DNA of 63,625 bases, counting the filler, from Rhabdomonas costata (taxonomy: Eukaryota): assembly GCA_019059605.1 (NCBI GenBank). It is 46 parts of 46 records of this genome, joined end to end, with 100 filler letters (N's around TTAATTAATTAA, not from the genome) between each part and the next. Parts side by side here need not be neighbours in the genome. Positions count along the whole stretch, not along the records: positions 11,080 to 12,362 come from JAHMHO010020647.1; positions 12,463 to 13,747 come from JAHMHO010020648.1; positions 13,848 to 15,132 come from JAHMHO010020649.1; positions 15,233 to 16,517 come from JAHMHO010020650.1; positions 16,618 to 17,902 come from JAHMHO010020651.1; positions 18,003 to 19,283 come from JAHMHO010020652.1; positions 19,384 to 20,668 come from JAHMHO010020653.1; positions 20,769 to 22,054 come from JAHMHO010020654.1; 38 more parts are not named here. One strand, written 5' to 3'. The translations under genes and the position numbers were made by a program. A model generated the notes under the pieces. That model ran no database searches, was not told the origin of the DNA, and worked only from the letters and a program-made list of their open reading frames with translations. Positions 12,201 to 24,158 of this stretch are shown here, one piece after another (the stretch's first letter is position 1; each line of letters starts with the position of its first letter).

Positions 12201-13177
12201 CACCAAAGACATGAGCCTTAGCACTGAACAGACAAAGTGAATGTGCCCACCAATTCTGATGCTTTCATTCATGATATTGAGTATGGTCCATCTATGCTAT
12301 GCGTCAGGTCTAAAGTGAGAACTCAGTCAAAGCCCAAAACACACCATCCACACACCCAACACNNNNNNNNNNNNNNNNNNNNNNNNNNNNNNNNNNNNNN
12401 NNNNNNTTAATTAATTAANNNNNNNNNNNNNNNNNNNNNNNNNNNNNNNNNNNNNNNNNNNNTGTGTTAGGTGAGTTTGGTTTTGGGTTTGGAGTGGTGT
12501 TTCTGTTGGTGGCTTTGTATATTCTTTGGACAGAGACTGCGTGGTTGGTTTCGGGATACAGTGCCCAGGCCTTTCTGCAGCGACGTTCTCGATTTTCTGC
12601 TTGTGTCACGGCTAGTGTGTCGCGTGTTTAGCGGCTTCTTGGTGAACGGTCGCTGGCAGGTGGTTGCCAGCTTGAGCCACAGGGGCGGGGGGAAAGGCTG
12701 TTCCTTTGCAAGCTGCATGAGTGTCTCAAAGAAACGGCAGCTCACATGTGCTATGCGGCGGGTTGTTATGCCAGCCATCAGGGAGTGATCTGGGCTCCAG
12801 CACCGATGGAGACATTTAACGTTTTTACGCTGAATTTCCCGGGCCAGGTGCGCTTGGGGGGTGCCAGCATTTGATAGGCTATGTCGGTTGGATGGCCTGT
12901 GTAGGTGTGTCGGAGGTGGAGGTGGGGGTGTTAAGTAAGAGGGCGCTGGGTGCGTGCTGGGAGGGAAGGAAGGTGAGCGGCACGTGGGGCTCCGGTTGGG
13001 GTGGTCCTTTCCTTCATTTGGAGGATTGAGCTACTGAGGCGTGGGATTGTGTATGGGGTGAATTTTCTTCGCGGGGAACTTAAGGTGCTCACTTTTCTTT
13101 TCAAAGCGTGTCATGCGATTCCAGGTTCTCTTGCAGCAGTTTGTCGTAGTGGCGCGGCTCTTTCACCTACCGGGGAG

Positions 13178-13515
13178 ATGTTTTTGCTCCCCCAGACATC
13201 GCCATTTCCCCGCGCGAGGTCCCCATGGGGCTCCTCCCTGATCACACTTGCCCGACTGCTTCCCTTGGTTCTGCTGTGCGTGGTAGTCTCGCTGGTGGCG
13301 CTCCTGATGCTCCCGGAGAGCCGCTTCTCACGACTCTTGCACAACGTGGAGACGCCCCAGGGAATGCTGAGGATGCTGCGGGCCCTCGACCGGTCCTTCT
13401 TCAACCTCACAGGGGATGTTCCCGAGGCGGAGGGGGGAAACCTCTGGGACCCATTCTTTCAAAAGGTCTTGGGGCAGCCTCCGCGCCACCAGCTGGTAGT
13501 GTTCATGCATCTCGG
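13178..13515 (+). CDS. First exon of a type II membrane protein, possibly a sulfotransferase
   Basis: Pyrimidine-rich AG upstream of the ATG, N-terminal TM LLPLVLLCVVVSLVALLML, and an end at LVVFMHLG like the start of the PAPS-binding F.H..K.GG motif, which is not completed in this contig. Confidence 0.5.
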
Positions 13516-13848
13516 CTTGGTGTACATCCCTTCTCACCCCCACCCCTCACTACGTTTCCAATTCCACTTTCCATTTTAGAAGTGGAAGCTGCTTTGGAGT
13601 GGCTCGAAGACAAAAGCTTATGTCCGCTCACTGATCCTTGTGCTGTCCGACTTTGAAAGTCTCGTGACATTTTTTTACGAGTCCTTGGGGCATAGTGCAT
13701 TTGTGCCCATCCTCCCTTATCAAGTGCATTTATGGCCCCCCACCACCNNNNNNNNNNNNNNNNNNNNNNNNNNNNNNNNNNNNNNNNNNNNTTAATTAAT
13801 TAANNNNNNNNNNNNNNNNNNNNNNNNNNNNNNNNNNNNNNNNNNNNT

Positions 13849-14088
13849 AGCAAACGCGCCGCGAAGGAGAGCCATAAGGGCAAAAAGGGTGGTGAATTCG
13901 ACGTGATGGAGATGCTCGAGAAATTCCGAAAGGAGACGGGAATGGGGTTTGGCGTCTTCACGGCGGACGACATTAAAAAGGGTAAATTTCCTGGTGGCAC
14001 TGGTGGCCTTCCAGAGGACATCCTGGAACGTGACGGCTCTCCACCAGATGCAAATCGGGACTCGGATCAGCTCAAGGAAGACCTTTGA
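13849..14088 (+). CDS. C-terminal exon of a small ER-lumen protein ending in KEDL
   Basis: Open frame ...DVMEMLEKFRKETGMGFGVFTADDIKKG...DQLKEDL*; KDEL-like terminus. Confidence 0.65.
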   Translation, partial: SKRAAKESHKGKKGGEFDVMEMLEKFRKETGMGFGVFTADDIKKGKFPGGTGGLPEDILERDGSPPDANRDSDQLKEDL

Positions 14089-14599
14089 GGGGACAAACCT
14101 CTTTGTTGCACATTCCCGACTGTGATTCCTCTGGTCATCTCCGGTTTTTGGGTTGAAGTTGATTTCGTTTATGTGGCAGGCTTTCAGGTTCAAGACCTCC
14201 TGTTCACATCTCTCTGTTGGGACGTTTCCCGTCAGCGGCAAATCTATTTTGGTCGCTCATCCAGAAGCATGAACAGTTATGTTGTACATTCATGCGCGCG
14301 CATCCGCTGCAATTCTTCCATAGAGCCTGTTGGCACCTTCCTCATCTTCCGTAAGTCACCTGCACCATCAGCAACGATTGTGGCATTACGCTTCATGCCT
14401 TTCTTGCTTCCGCGGCTATGCGCTCGCCACAGTCCCCCACCAGCGTTTCACCACACTTTGCCTTTGCATCCGTTTGCGCCTTCCTGCTGACTAATTGGAA
14501 GCCGCTGCTTGACCTTCCGTTCCCTGTGCATCACCCCATGTCAGATCGCCCTATCTCTGGAACTTTCTTTGGTTTCGATTCATGTCGTTTTATTTTGCG

Positions 14600-14830
14600 A
14601 TGTTCCGCGATGCAGTGCTGCTAGTGCTGCTTCTTGCAGTGCTTCCCTGGGCTGCGCTTGGTGAGCCCTCGGCCGAGGCCGGTGAGTTGGACTGGGACAA
14701 TCTCGGCCGGCACAAGTCAAAGGAGCTGATTGGGTTTCTGCGCCGTCGCGGGGTGGACCCGACCCCTGCGATGGGGGGCGACAAGCGCGACCTTGTGAAT
14801 CTGGTGCAGCAATCGAAAGATCTTCCCGTA
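14600..14830 (+). CDS. First exon of a secretory protein with an ARMET/MANF C-terminal SAP-like motif
   Basis: Signal peptide MFRDAVLLVLLLAVLPWAALG, then LGRHKSKELIGFLRRRGVD...DKRDLVNLVQQSKDLP. GT donor at 14831. Confidence 0.65.
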
Positions 14831-15290
14831 GTGTCTACTGCACAGGGCCTGCATGCCATCAGGCTGATGCTGCACGGTGGCGTCACCGTCTAGTTTCCGC
14901 CGCGCTGTTCCCACTGTCTGCTTTTATATCGTAAGTTATCCGATCCGTTAATCAATATCTTTCTTGCTCTGAAAAAAGAATGCCTCTCAAGCTATTCCGT
15001 GCGAATTATTGGGAGGGGTGTGCTGAATCGTTTTGTTTCCATGTTTCCACGTTTTGTTTTCATTATTACCAGGCCTCTCAGAAGATTTGGCTTAATCCCA
15101 GAACCCAACACTTTTGGTGATCCTGTCATGTTNNNNNNNNNNNNNNNNNNNNNNNNNNNNNNNNNNNNNNNNNNNNTTAATTAATTAANNNNNNNNNNNN
15201 NNNNNNNNNNNNNNNNNNNNNNNNNNNNNNNNTGCCAAATACTCTCCAATACTTTTCGTCCAGCATGAGAAACCGGAAAGATTTATATAC

Positions 15291-15423
15291 TTTTGGCCGA
15301 GTAGTATTTATTCTCCACCTCGACCTCGGCATCGTCTTGGGCAAAGTCCTGGTTGTCTTCCTCCATGACGTACTCATCCTCCTCTTCATAGGTATACTCC
15401 ATGTTGTCATCGTCTTCAGCCAT
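15291..15423 (-). CDS. COPS2: COP9 signalosome subunit 2, first exon
   Basis: MAEDDDNMEYTYEEEDEYVMEEDNQDFAQDDAEVEVENKYYSAK matches the acidic CSN2 N-terminus with V..EN.YY..K. A GT donor follows. This exon is missing from the ORF track. Confidence 0.8.
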
Positions 15424-18400
15424 TGGTGAAAAGGAGCAAAATGCCTGACGTGTGAGATGGCAAAAACTGACTCCGACTGTAATCTTTCCGTCGAAATGTG
15501 CGTCCAGAGGTATCGGGTTGAGTGGGTGAGATCAGCAGTCCCTACGGTCCAAGTGCAGCTTGGGTAAAGCCCCCCCTCCCCGGATACTCACTGGGATTCC
15601 ATAAGACGATGTTCAGGGGTGTCAGAGGACACTACAACTGTCTGCTGGGGATGCAAGTAGAACTTGCAGGGGTTTAGTGATGCACGTGTCCCTAATTTTC
15701 TGCGGAGCGCGCATTTTAAAAAATTTCGCATCAATCGCAACTCACTATTTCAGAGCCGGGGGGGGGGATGAATTTCCCTGTTCCTTCTTGGTTCCAGCGA
15801 CTTCCAAAACTCCACAGAACCGCGGGACAATCCACTGTCGAGCACAGAACAAAGATTGTGTGCTCCATTCGCAAGACAACACTATAAAGCAAAATGAAGA
15901 GCCAGAGCTTGAAATGAGAGAAGCTCATCGTGTGCAACAAATGCGAGACAAGAGATCAGTCAAACGACCATGGCTGTGCGCTTGCATGTATGTCCGTGCG
16001 CGCGTGCGAGTGAGTGAGCGAGCGAGTGTGTGTGTCGTGGGTCCCACCAGAGCCCTAGTGTCTTCCTCAAACGTTGGGGTCAAGTAACCACAGTGCCACG
16101 CTTTCTTACGCCCACACGACCTCCCCCACGCAGGCGCAGAAAACAAAGAAAGTCGATATGTAACTTACTGAAAGCGCAGACACCATAGCGGCCCAAGGAA
16201 ACAGTGAGCACAGCCGCGCAGCAATGAGATGAGAGGGAGGAAGAAGCGCAGAGTGCGCAGGTTAACGTGCTTGCGAATGGGTATGTATGTGTGACAAGCG
16301 GAAACAGAACTTCGCCTGCGGTAACCAAGTTGCTCTTTCGAAGCTCCAAAGCATTATCACAGGTCCCCAGCCTCCGTTTTTCGAGAAGGGCTGAGAAGGA
16401 ATGAGGACCCAGGGCACACAAAGCTCCAGGCTCCACATGCCTCAGAAGAGAAAACAGATCTGAAGAGGAATGCAAGAAAAGCAACAGATGCCTGCTTGAT
16501 GGGGGTACCCCCCCCACNNNNNNNNNNNNNNNNNNNNNNNNNNNNNNNNNNNNNNNNNNNNTTAATTAATTAANNNNNNNNNNNNNNNNNNNNNNNNNNN
16601 NNNNNNNNNNNNNNNNNTGTTGTGGGGGGGGCTTGGACAGTCCTCCGAGAGGGAGAGGAAGGGACGTTCAACGGGCAAGGAACAGTGATGATATACATTT
16701 CCAACTTTCTAAAAAGAATGCAGAGCGCCCCACACAACTGCAGGTTGCCCAGAAATTATTTCCAACGGTCCTCTTTGTGCGCACCAAAGAAGACAGGGAT
16801 CATGCAAAACGCGGACATTCGCACTGTGGAAAACTGGTTGCAGGGTTTTATTCACAGAAATGCCTCTCATCCAGCAACGAACGCTACCAACATCGCACGT
16901 AACATGGACAACATGGACGACACACCGACAATGACTGGAGAAACACAAAGACAAAACCAGGACAGCGCTTTACCTCTCAAGGACTGCATGCATCCAGATG
17001 CAACGGAAACCCGCTCCACACGCATTTCCGCATCAACCGCAGCTTTCTTTCCTGGACACATTCAGAATGACACAGAATGGTCCCTTCCATCGACCTTCCC
17101 TCGATTCCATCTTTCCCTCTCCCCTTACTTTCTTATCGTATGGTATCCCCGAGCATGTTGGTGTGCTCCACAAACGGGCTGTTCCCGGAGACCGTGAGCT
17201 CCGAGGGGATGCCATTCTCCACCTCAATGCTGTGTGTGGGGCAAGCAGAAAAAGCAGCGTGGCGGAGGTGCTGTGAGGACCATTTAATGATTTCCAAAAG
17301 GAATTTCGACGAGCCGACTGTCAAGGATAATCATGGTGCATTTGGGCAATCATGGCTACCACTGGGATTCATGATAACCACCGCCACATCATTCTCGACA
17401 CCTAAACTCATACCTGGGTACTATTGGGCACTAAGGTGAACTGAGGCGAGCAATTCCAAAATGGCAGGCTGTGACCTGTGCTGCCGATACAGCGCAACCA
17501 CTGACTTCTCGGAAGAATGGAAACTCACAGAGAGGGAGAAGGCGAACGAAAGGGAGAAGCAGTGGAACGGGTGGATGACATGGTTGCATTAGAATGTTCC
17601 CCCACTTCCGTCACCAACTTCAGGGTAACTTTTTTCTTGGGAAGACTCGTGATCCTCTTTCCCCTCGTCCTAGGCTCCCCACCCTCCATGGGACCTGAGC
17701 CCCTTCACGCCTTGCTGCCTTACCCTACTCTCCCTTTGGTCTTCCCCTTGGGACTCACTTCCGATGGTGTACGCGGAGCCTTGGAAACTCTCTTTGACCA
17801 CACGCTCACGCACACACACAAAGATCGCAATCGATTTGAAACACACATGCACACAGCACACACAGAAGGAGAGACAGTGAGAGAGAGCTACCGGTAGCGG
17901 GANNNNNNNNNNNNNNNNNNNNNNNNNNNNNNNNNNNNNNNNNNNNTTAATTAATTAANNNNNNNNNNNNNNNNNNNNNNNNNNNNNNNNNNNNNNNNNN
18001 NNGTGGGGTGGGATTTTGATTAGTTTGGGTGCGAACGCCAGCGCCGCGGAGGCCAGTCTGCGGCGCGGCCAGAGCGGGCGGATGGGTTGGGACGTTCCAT
18101 GGGGTGGGCGATGCTCCGTTTTGCACTGCTAAACGTCCGAATCAGACACATTTTTTGGGATGCTATTTTTAGGACACGGGAGTTAGATAAACTGTGTCAA
18201 CTGCCTCCAAATACGTTTATTTAGCAAAAAAAAAAAGGGGGGGGGGGGGTTCGGTATACTGTTTTCTGTAGGCATTTTCTGTAGGCATACATATTTTGAT
18301 TTGAGCAGGGTTTAAAATTTTGTGACAGTTAGGCGGTGCTAAACGTTTAACGCCCCCCCCCCCAAAAAAATACAAGAGGCCCCGAGGACTTCACGGGTTC

Positions 18401-18699
18401 ACTTTCATCAGAGTATGGTGCCGGTCAGCTCCCATAATTTAGGCTGGTCTCTTCGCATGATCGGTTTTGCTTCTGCGGTGTTTAGGACCACTTCTGAGTC
18501 CAGCGACAGGAATCACGCAGGCTGGCCCCTCCAGTAGTGCACGCCTGATCTCCCCGCCGTGTTTCCGTTGCTGCACAGCCCCTGCCTGGGCACCTGGAAG
18601 GGCTGCAGCCGCGGGCTTGTGATGCCCGCGCGGGGGCATGGGCAGGGAGAGGGACCACGAGGCTTGGGCTACGGCGCCCCCTGCGGCAGCCTGGCCCCT

Positions 18700-18797
18700 G
18701 GGCCTAAGGGTGGGCAGGATCTCCCGCAGGAACAGCGCGTAGCTGTTGCCACAGTTTGCGCCCAGGTCGACGAAGAGGACCCCGGCCTTGGGATCAG
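18700..18797 (-). CDS. SAM-dependent (FkbM-like) methyltransferase exon
   Basis: AG acceptor then GVLFVDLGANCGNSY (motif I). The 3' boundary is uncertain. Confidence 0.6.
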
Positions 18798-19477
18798 CTG
18801 AGGCGCACTGTACCACACAATAAAAAGCACTTCTCCTCAAAAAGAGTCACATTTTTCTTAGAGTTCTTTGCATGCGACATCCCGTCCTGCAGGGGATGCT
18901 TTGGATCCTCAGGTTTGTGAAAAAATCTTCCCAGGCGAAAAACCTTCCCGTGAATGAAAATAAAGGGTGTTTCTGCACAAACATAGAGAAAGTATGCTGT
19001 CGGCTCTGCCCCCCCCCCTCCTTCCCGCAAGTCCGGAAGACGCCGTGAGTCGCTACGTAGCACATTATCATTTCAACCTGTCCTAGGAATCACCTAACCC
19101 CTGTTACCTCATTTAGCTGTCCGCTTTCTCAACTCTCATTGTCTTCACCAGGGACATCCGGGACATGCTGGGGAACATCTCCATCGCTCTGCATGTCATT
19201 TCGAAACCGAGTTCGAGAGGACGCCAGAGAACAGCGAACCAGCACACCTGCGCAATGTACCACGAGGCACCCTCCACCCCACANNNNNNNNNNNNNNNNN
19301 NNNNNNNNNNNNNNNNNNNNNNNNNNNTTAATTAATTAANNNNNNNNNNNNNNNNNNNNNNNNNNNNNNNNNNNNNNNNNNNNTGTGTTAGGTGAGTTTG
19401 GGGTGTGTGGTCATGAGCATATATTTCCCCATCTCAATTGCGTTTTTACCGCGTTTTGTAAGTGTTTTATTTTTCAG

Positions 19478-20204
19478 GACGTCCTTTGGCGACAATGCAA
19501 TTCATCCAGCCTTCCTCCATTTCCCAGGGGCCACGTCGTTCTTCAATTTCTCGATGACCCTGATCGACTCCCTGGACATGCTCGTGCTGGTGGGGAACAC
19601 CTCGGAATTTGCTCGGCAGGTGGAGTGGCTGTCCGAAAACTTTGAGGTGTGCTCACCGGCGCCGTCTTGGTCCTTGTGTAATGGGGATTTTTAGAAACTT
19701 GGCCTGGTTGGAGTTGAAAAGTGTTGAAAGCTCTAATAGCCGCTTTTCTGAACTCGTATTGGAAATAAGTCGTTGTTTCTGTGCCGGACTTTGGTTTGGT
19801 CTGCACCGGACTTTGAACTCTGGACAATTTGATTCGTTCGGCTCATTGGAAACTGCAGAACTTGAGGGACTTGGATAATGCGAGAATCAGTTGTTGCGAT
19901 TTCAGTGTCATTTCGTGCCATGGCAAGCTGGCTGATGATGATTATGTCTTTTTGAATGTGCACCTGTTTGTCAGATGATTGTTTTTCTCATTTTTCATGT
20001 GTCTGGCGATGCCTGTTGGCTTAAATGGAACCTTTAATCTGGCAGTCCGTGTGCTCCCCCCCTCTATTTCATTATCTCTTTCCCTCCTTCTCAAGGTGAA
20101 ACACACCACCGGATCGAGCTCCATTTTTGAAACAACTATTCGTGTCATTGGGGGACTGCTCTCGGCTCACCTGTTGGCGGAGGAGCACATTCCGGATTAC
20201 GAGG
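19478..20204 (+). CDS. GH47 EDEM-like alpha-1,2-mannosidase, exons 19478-19646 and 20096-20204
   Basis: FSMTLIDSLDMLVLVGNTSEF and SIFETTIRVIGGLLSAHLLA are hallmark GH47/EDEM motifs. Phase-0 GT-AG intron. Confidence 0.92.
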
Positions 20205-20768
20205 GTAGCGTGTTATTTCACCCCCTCGCTTCCTCTGCTTCGCCCAAACTGGCCGGATCCCGTCCAGAACATCTGTTGCATATACGCCCTTTCGCGGTTG
20301 GCGGCATGGTACAACCAACACTTTCTCTGACTTCGTATTTTGGTCGTCCCTTTTGGGTCATCGGTGCCCTAACTGTTTGATTCCTCTTGGGGTTTCCCCT
20401 TCTTGTAGATGGTTACTTGTTAGTTGAATTAGTTAATTGAGGTCACTTTTGATTTTCGATGACTCTTGACCTCTGTTCATCCGTCATCCTGTCTTTTGCC
20501 ATTTTTTGTTCGAGATATTTTTGGCGAACTTAAATTATACGCCCCCCCCCCCTGATCAGTTGAATTATACGTCCCCTCTCATGAACAATACGTCCCCTGG
20601 GCACAGAAGAGCAGATGATGACCCTTTTCTCGTGCACAGCTGTTTGGCTCGAAATCGGAATAACCCCCNNNNNNNNNNNNNNNNNNNNNNNNNNNNNNNN
20701 NNNNNNNNNNNNTTAATTAATTAANNNNNNNNNNNNNNNNNNNNNNNNNNNNNNNNNNNNNNNNNNNN

Positions 20769-22054
20769 GTGGTGTGGTGTGGAGCGTGCGTGTGCTTGTG
20801 ATGTTGGCTTGATGGTGGGAGTGGGATTGGATATGTGGGTGCTATGGTAAAGGTGACGATGTGTTGCGTGCAGGGTGTGTGTCGAGAGTTTGTTCAGGGT
20901 TCGGAGGGTGGGTGCGTTGACGGATGGTCACTGTGGATGGTCGCGTGTGTGGATTCTTATATCTTGAGGTGAGGATCAGGGTTGTGAGTCTGAGTGTAAC
21001 GTGAGTGTCACGGTCTGCGTTTCGCGTTTCATTCGTGATGAGTGTGTCGTGGTAAGTGTTCTGTGTCAGGTGGTTTGTGCGTAGGGTGTGAAGTCAGAGG
21101 GTTAGGTGGGGATGGTGAGTTGGAGTGTGCTTGCGGTGTGGTGTGGAGCGTGCGTGTGCTTGTGATGTTGGCTTGATGGTGGGAGTGGGATTGGATATGT
21201 GGGTGCTATGGTAAAGGTGACGATGTGTTGCGTGTATGTTGTGTGCGTGGAGTGTCAAGGGTCTTGCGTGGATGGTTTGCGTGTGGGATCACATCTCTCA
21301 CCTCTCAGAACCGGCGCCCTTCCAACGGTCATCGAAAACACCAATTCAAACCTCCCACCGACCTTCCAACACTCACGCCGAACACGTGACCCCATTTCTC
21401 ACCAGACACATCCAACGTGACGCACCACATCATAGAACTCCACACAATCACGTCACTTTTGACCCACACACTACACACCCACCATCCATCATCCATAAAC
21501 GCTCACGCTCCAACCAACCATAAACACCTGACATTGACATACGACAAAACCCACTCCGAACCCAAACCCCGACACCGAATACCGAAGCTCAACCCAACAC
21601 CAACGTCAATCTCACGTGACCACCCAACCCACGTCATCAACCCTGACCACAGAATCCGACTCAGAACAATAGCACTAACCACTGCATCTACACTCCTACT
21701 CCAACCCCTACACCTAAATCCTAAAACTTACCTCAGAATAATAAATACCATAAAAAAGAACGCACACGCACACGAATTAAAGGCCAACACACTGAACCCA
21801 ATACCAAACCCCGAAATCGACACACAAATCTAAGTCCGAACCAGAACACCCAAATACCAAATTCAGAATTCCAACGAAAGAATGTCTGAACAAGATAACC
21901 CTAGACACACAAAGGCAGGTACAAACGCCGAATCAAGACACGCAGATCATAACCCCGACCACTAAAACACAAATACAAACGCGAGAAACACAAAGGCCGA
22001 TACACAGGAAGAGAAACACGGAAGACCGAAAAACCACCCCAAACACACCAACAC
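20769..22054. other. Low-complexity contig, G/T-rich left and A/C-rich right, with a 100-bp direct repeat (20771-20870 = 21135-21234); probable amplification artefact
   Basis: The strand skew inverts near 21290. The end reads as the reverse complement of GTGTTGGTGTGTTTGG. No credible coding signal. Confidence 0.65.
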
Positions 22055-22706
22055 NNNNNNNNNNNNNNNNNNNNNNNNNNNNNNNNNNNNNNNNNNNNTT
22101 AATTAATTAANNNNNNNNNNNNNNNNNNNNNNNNNNNNNNNNNNNNNNNNNNNNCACTGGCGTTTTTCCAGGTGGTTTCTCGGGAAGTCGTCGGGCCATG
22201 TGGATGGGGGGATATTGTTGACAAATGCAACCTTTGGAAGCACCTACGGAGACAAGGTATTACTACACTTTTACTGGGTGGATGCGATGGTGCAGGTTGG
22301 AGATGGTTTAGACTCGGCCAGGACGGTTGTTGTTGCTCCTCTGCTGACCCATTTTTAACGTCTCTGCAAACAAAAACTGCAAAACTCAAGTAGGATACTC
22401 ATTCACATGAAACTTTAAAAGTACTCACCAGCACAATGGCCATGTTGTTCTGTTCATACATCGATGAGTGCAGAGCATGGGGAGTTCCCAACATTTTCCG
22501 GTCAATGTCTCCGGTTTTGACTGGAGTGTTTCATTCCAACGATCGCTACAGATATCGTATGTTCTACCTTTTAGATTTCGGATTCCAGTAAACAATACAC
22601 CTCCAGGTGAAACTTCCAAACCTTCCAAAAAACACCTCACACGTGTGCGTGTGGTGACAGACAAAGCCGAGGGTATTTACTATTCGAACTTGTGCTGCAG
22701 GTACAC

Positions 22707-23438
22707 CAAGGATAGCTGCTGCTGCTGCTGCTGTGACATAAGCATGGCCAGCCCACCTGAGGTGCCGGCTGACGCGGAGGCAACCACAGGGAGAACGCCC
22801 GCGGCCGCCGGGGAACCCCCAGAACCATTTCGGGGGTCAGCGGCACGAACCTGAAAGAATTCAGCGCACGAAAACTCTCGAAGGACTCCGTGGAAGATCC
22901 GGGTTTTTACAATTTTCACGTTGACAAGGAACAAACTTGTCAACACACAAATGGGAAACGACGATGGGCGAAAAAACTGGACGTGCTAACCCTTCAGAAG
23001 ACAACAGCGACACCTGAAAAGGGCCTGCGGTGAATGTGCGCATCAACCCCCACCAGCTTTACTACTCATTCTCTATCACACAAAAAAGCTCATAGAATTC
23101 CAATAAGAACACGACCAATACATACATACATACAGCAAACTTCGCGCAGCCTTTCCGTTGGTGCTGTTGTCTTGCTTCCTTCTGCGTACAGCAACTTCCT
23201 CACTTTCCAGTCGACCTGCTCTGCCTTTGATTTGTTGTCTGCACGACAAACGCGAACGCAGTGTGTGAACTGCTCGCCTTTCGTGTACAGCCTTTTCGTC
23301 CTCTTCAGCACTCTAGTAGATAGTAGTAACTGTCTATGCACGTTGCAAACCTCGACTTTCTTCCCCAAAATGGTATGGTACTGGGCTCCACATGCTCGAT
23401 CCGCCTGCTCCATGGTGGCGAACAGCACAAATCCAAAG
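22707..23438 (-). CDS. RRM RNA-binding protein (hnRNP A/Musashi-like), exons 23351-23438 and 22707-22850
   Basis: FGFVLFATMEQADRACGAQYHTILGKKVE|VRAADPR: RNP1 and the RRM end are joined by a phase-0 GT-AG intron, followed by a G/A/Q-rich tail. Confidence 0.88.
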
Positions 23439-23652
23439 NNNNNNNNNNNNNNNNNNNNNNNNNNNNNNNNNNNNNNNNNNNNTTAATTAATTAANNNNNN
23501 NNNNNNNNNNNNNNNNNNNNNNNNNNNNNNNNNNNNNNTGTTGGTTTTTGGGTCATATAAAGGCAGAATCGCCAACGACGAGCGAAAAACGCCATTAAAA
23601 AGGACAAAATAGCACCCTGGCGGTGTAGCCCAGCGCAGTGAACTTTCCTAAA

Positions 23653-23691
23653 CACACTCACTCACTCACTCACTCACTCACTCACTCACTC
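23653..23691 (+). repeat. (CACT)n microsatellite
   Basis: Read directly. Confidence 0.9.
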
Positions 23692-23835
23692 GCACAGCCG
23701 CTGCAAGAACTGATGTGCGGCAGTGCCGTAACTTTGCTCCCTTCACATAATGGGATGCCTTTCTTCTGGAGTATTTTTATATCTTTCCTCAGGTTCACCC
23801 GGTTCCTGCTCTTTGTGAGGGGTCACCAGCACGAC

Positions 23836-24158
23836 CTGCAGGTGTGGTTGATCTCCAGCGAGGACACCACCGCGGCGGCGCCCTCGTCGGAGACCAAATT
23901 GGCACGGAGGTCGACCTCTGTCAGGGTGGGGTTCACCAGCAGCGCCCCGGCCAGGGCCTGTGCAGAGCGGTCCGTCAGGCCGTTGTTGGCAAGCAGCAGC
24001 ACACGGATCCCGCGGTTCAGTGCAAGGGCATCGCACAGCTCCAGCACCCCGCTGTCGGTCACTGTGGCACCGTTGCTGAGGCTGAGGGTGTGCAGGGTGG
24101 TGTTGTCCAGCAGCAGCGGGGCCAGAAGCTTGCAAGTGACATCGTTGTGGGTGCATCG
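23836..24158 (-). CDS. RNI-like leucine-rich repeat protein exon
   Basis: NTTLHTLSLS.., NRGIRVLLLANNGLTD.., NPTLTEVDLRANLVSDEGA: about 28-aa repeats, bounded by AG/GT. Confidence 0.9.

Noticed and set aside
14582..14600. TTTTATTTTGCG before an ATG as a retroposed spliced-leader remnant
   Set aside because: The match is too short and T-rich, and the leader sequence of this organism is not known from the window.
16680..16990. Possible non-LTR retroelement relics here and in 24925-26209
   Set aside because: Only vague post-RT-like wording, with no RT, endonuclease or RNase H motif I can support.
23618..23645. GGCGGTGTAGCCCAGCG resembling a tRNA 5' end
   Set aside because: No anticodon arm, T-loop or acceptor stem follows.
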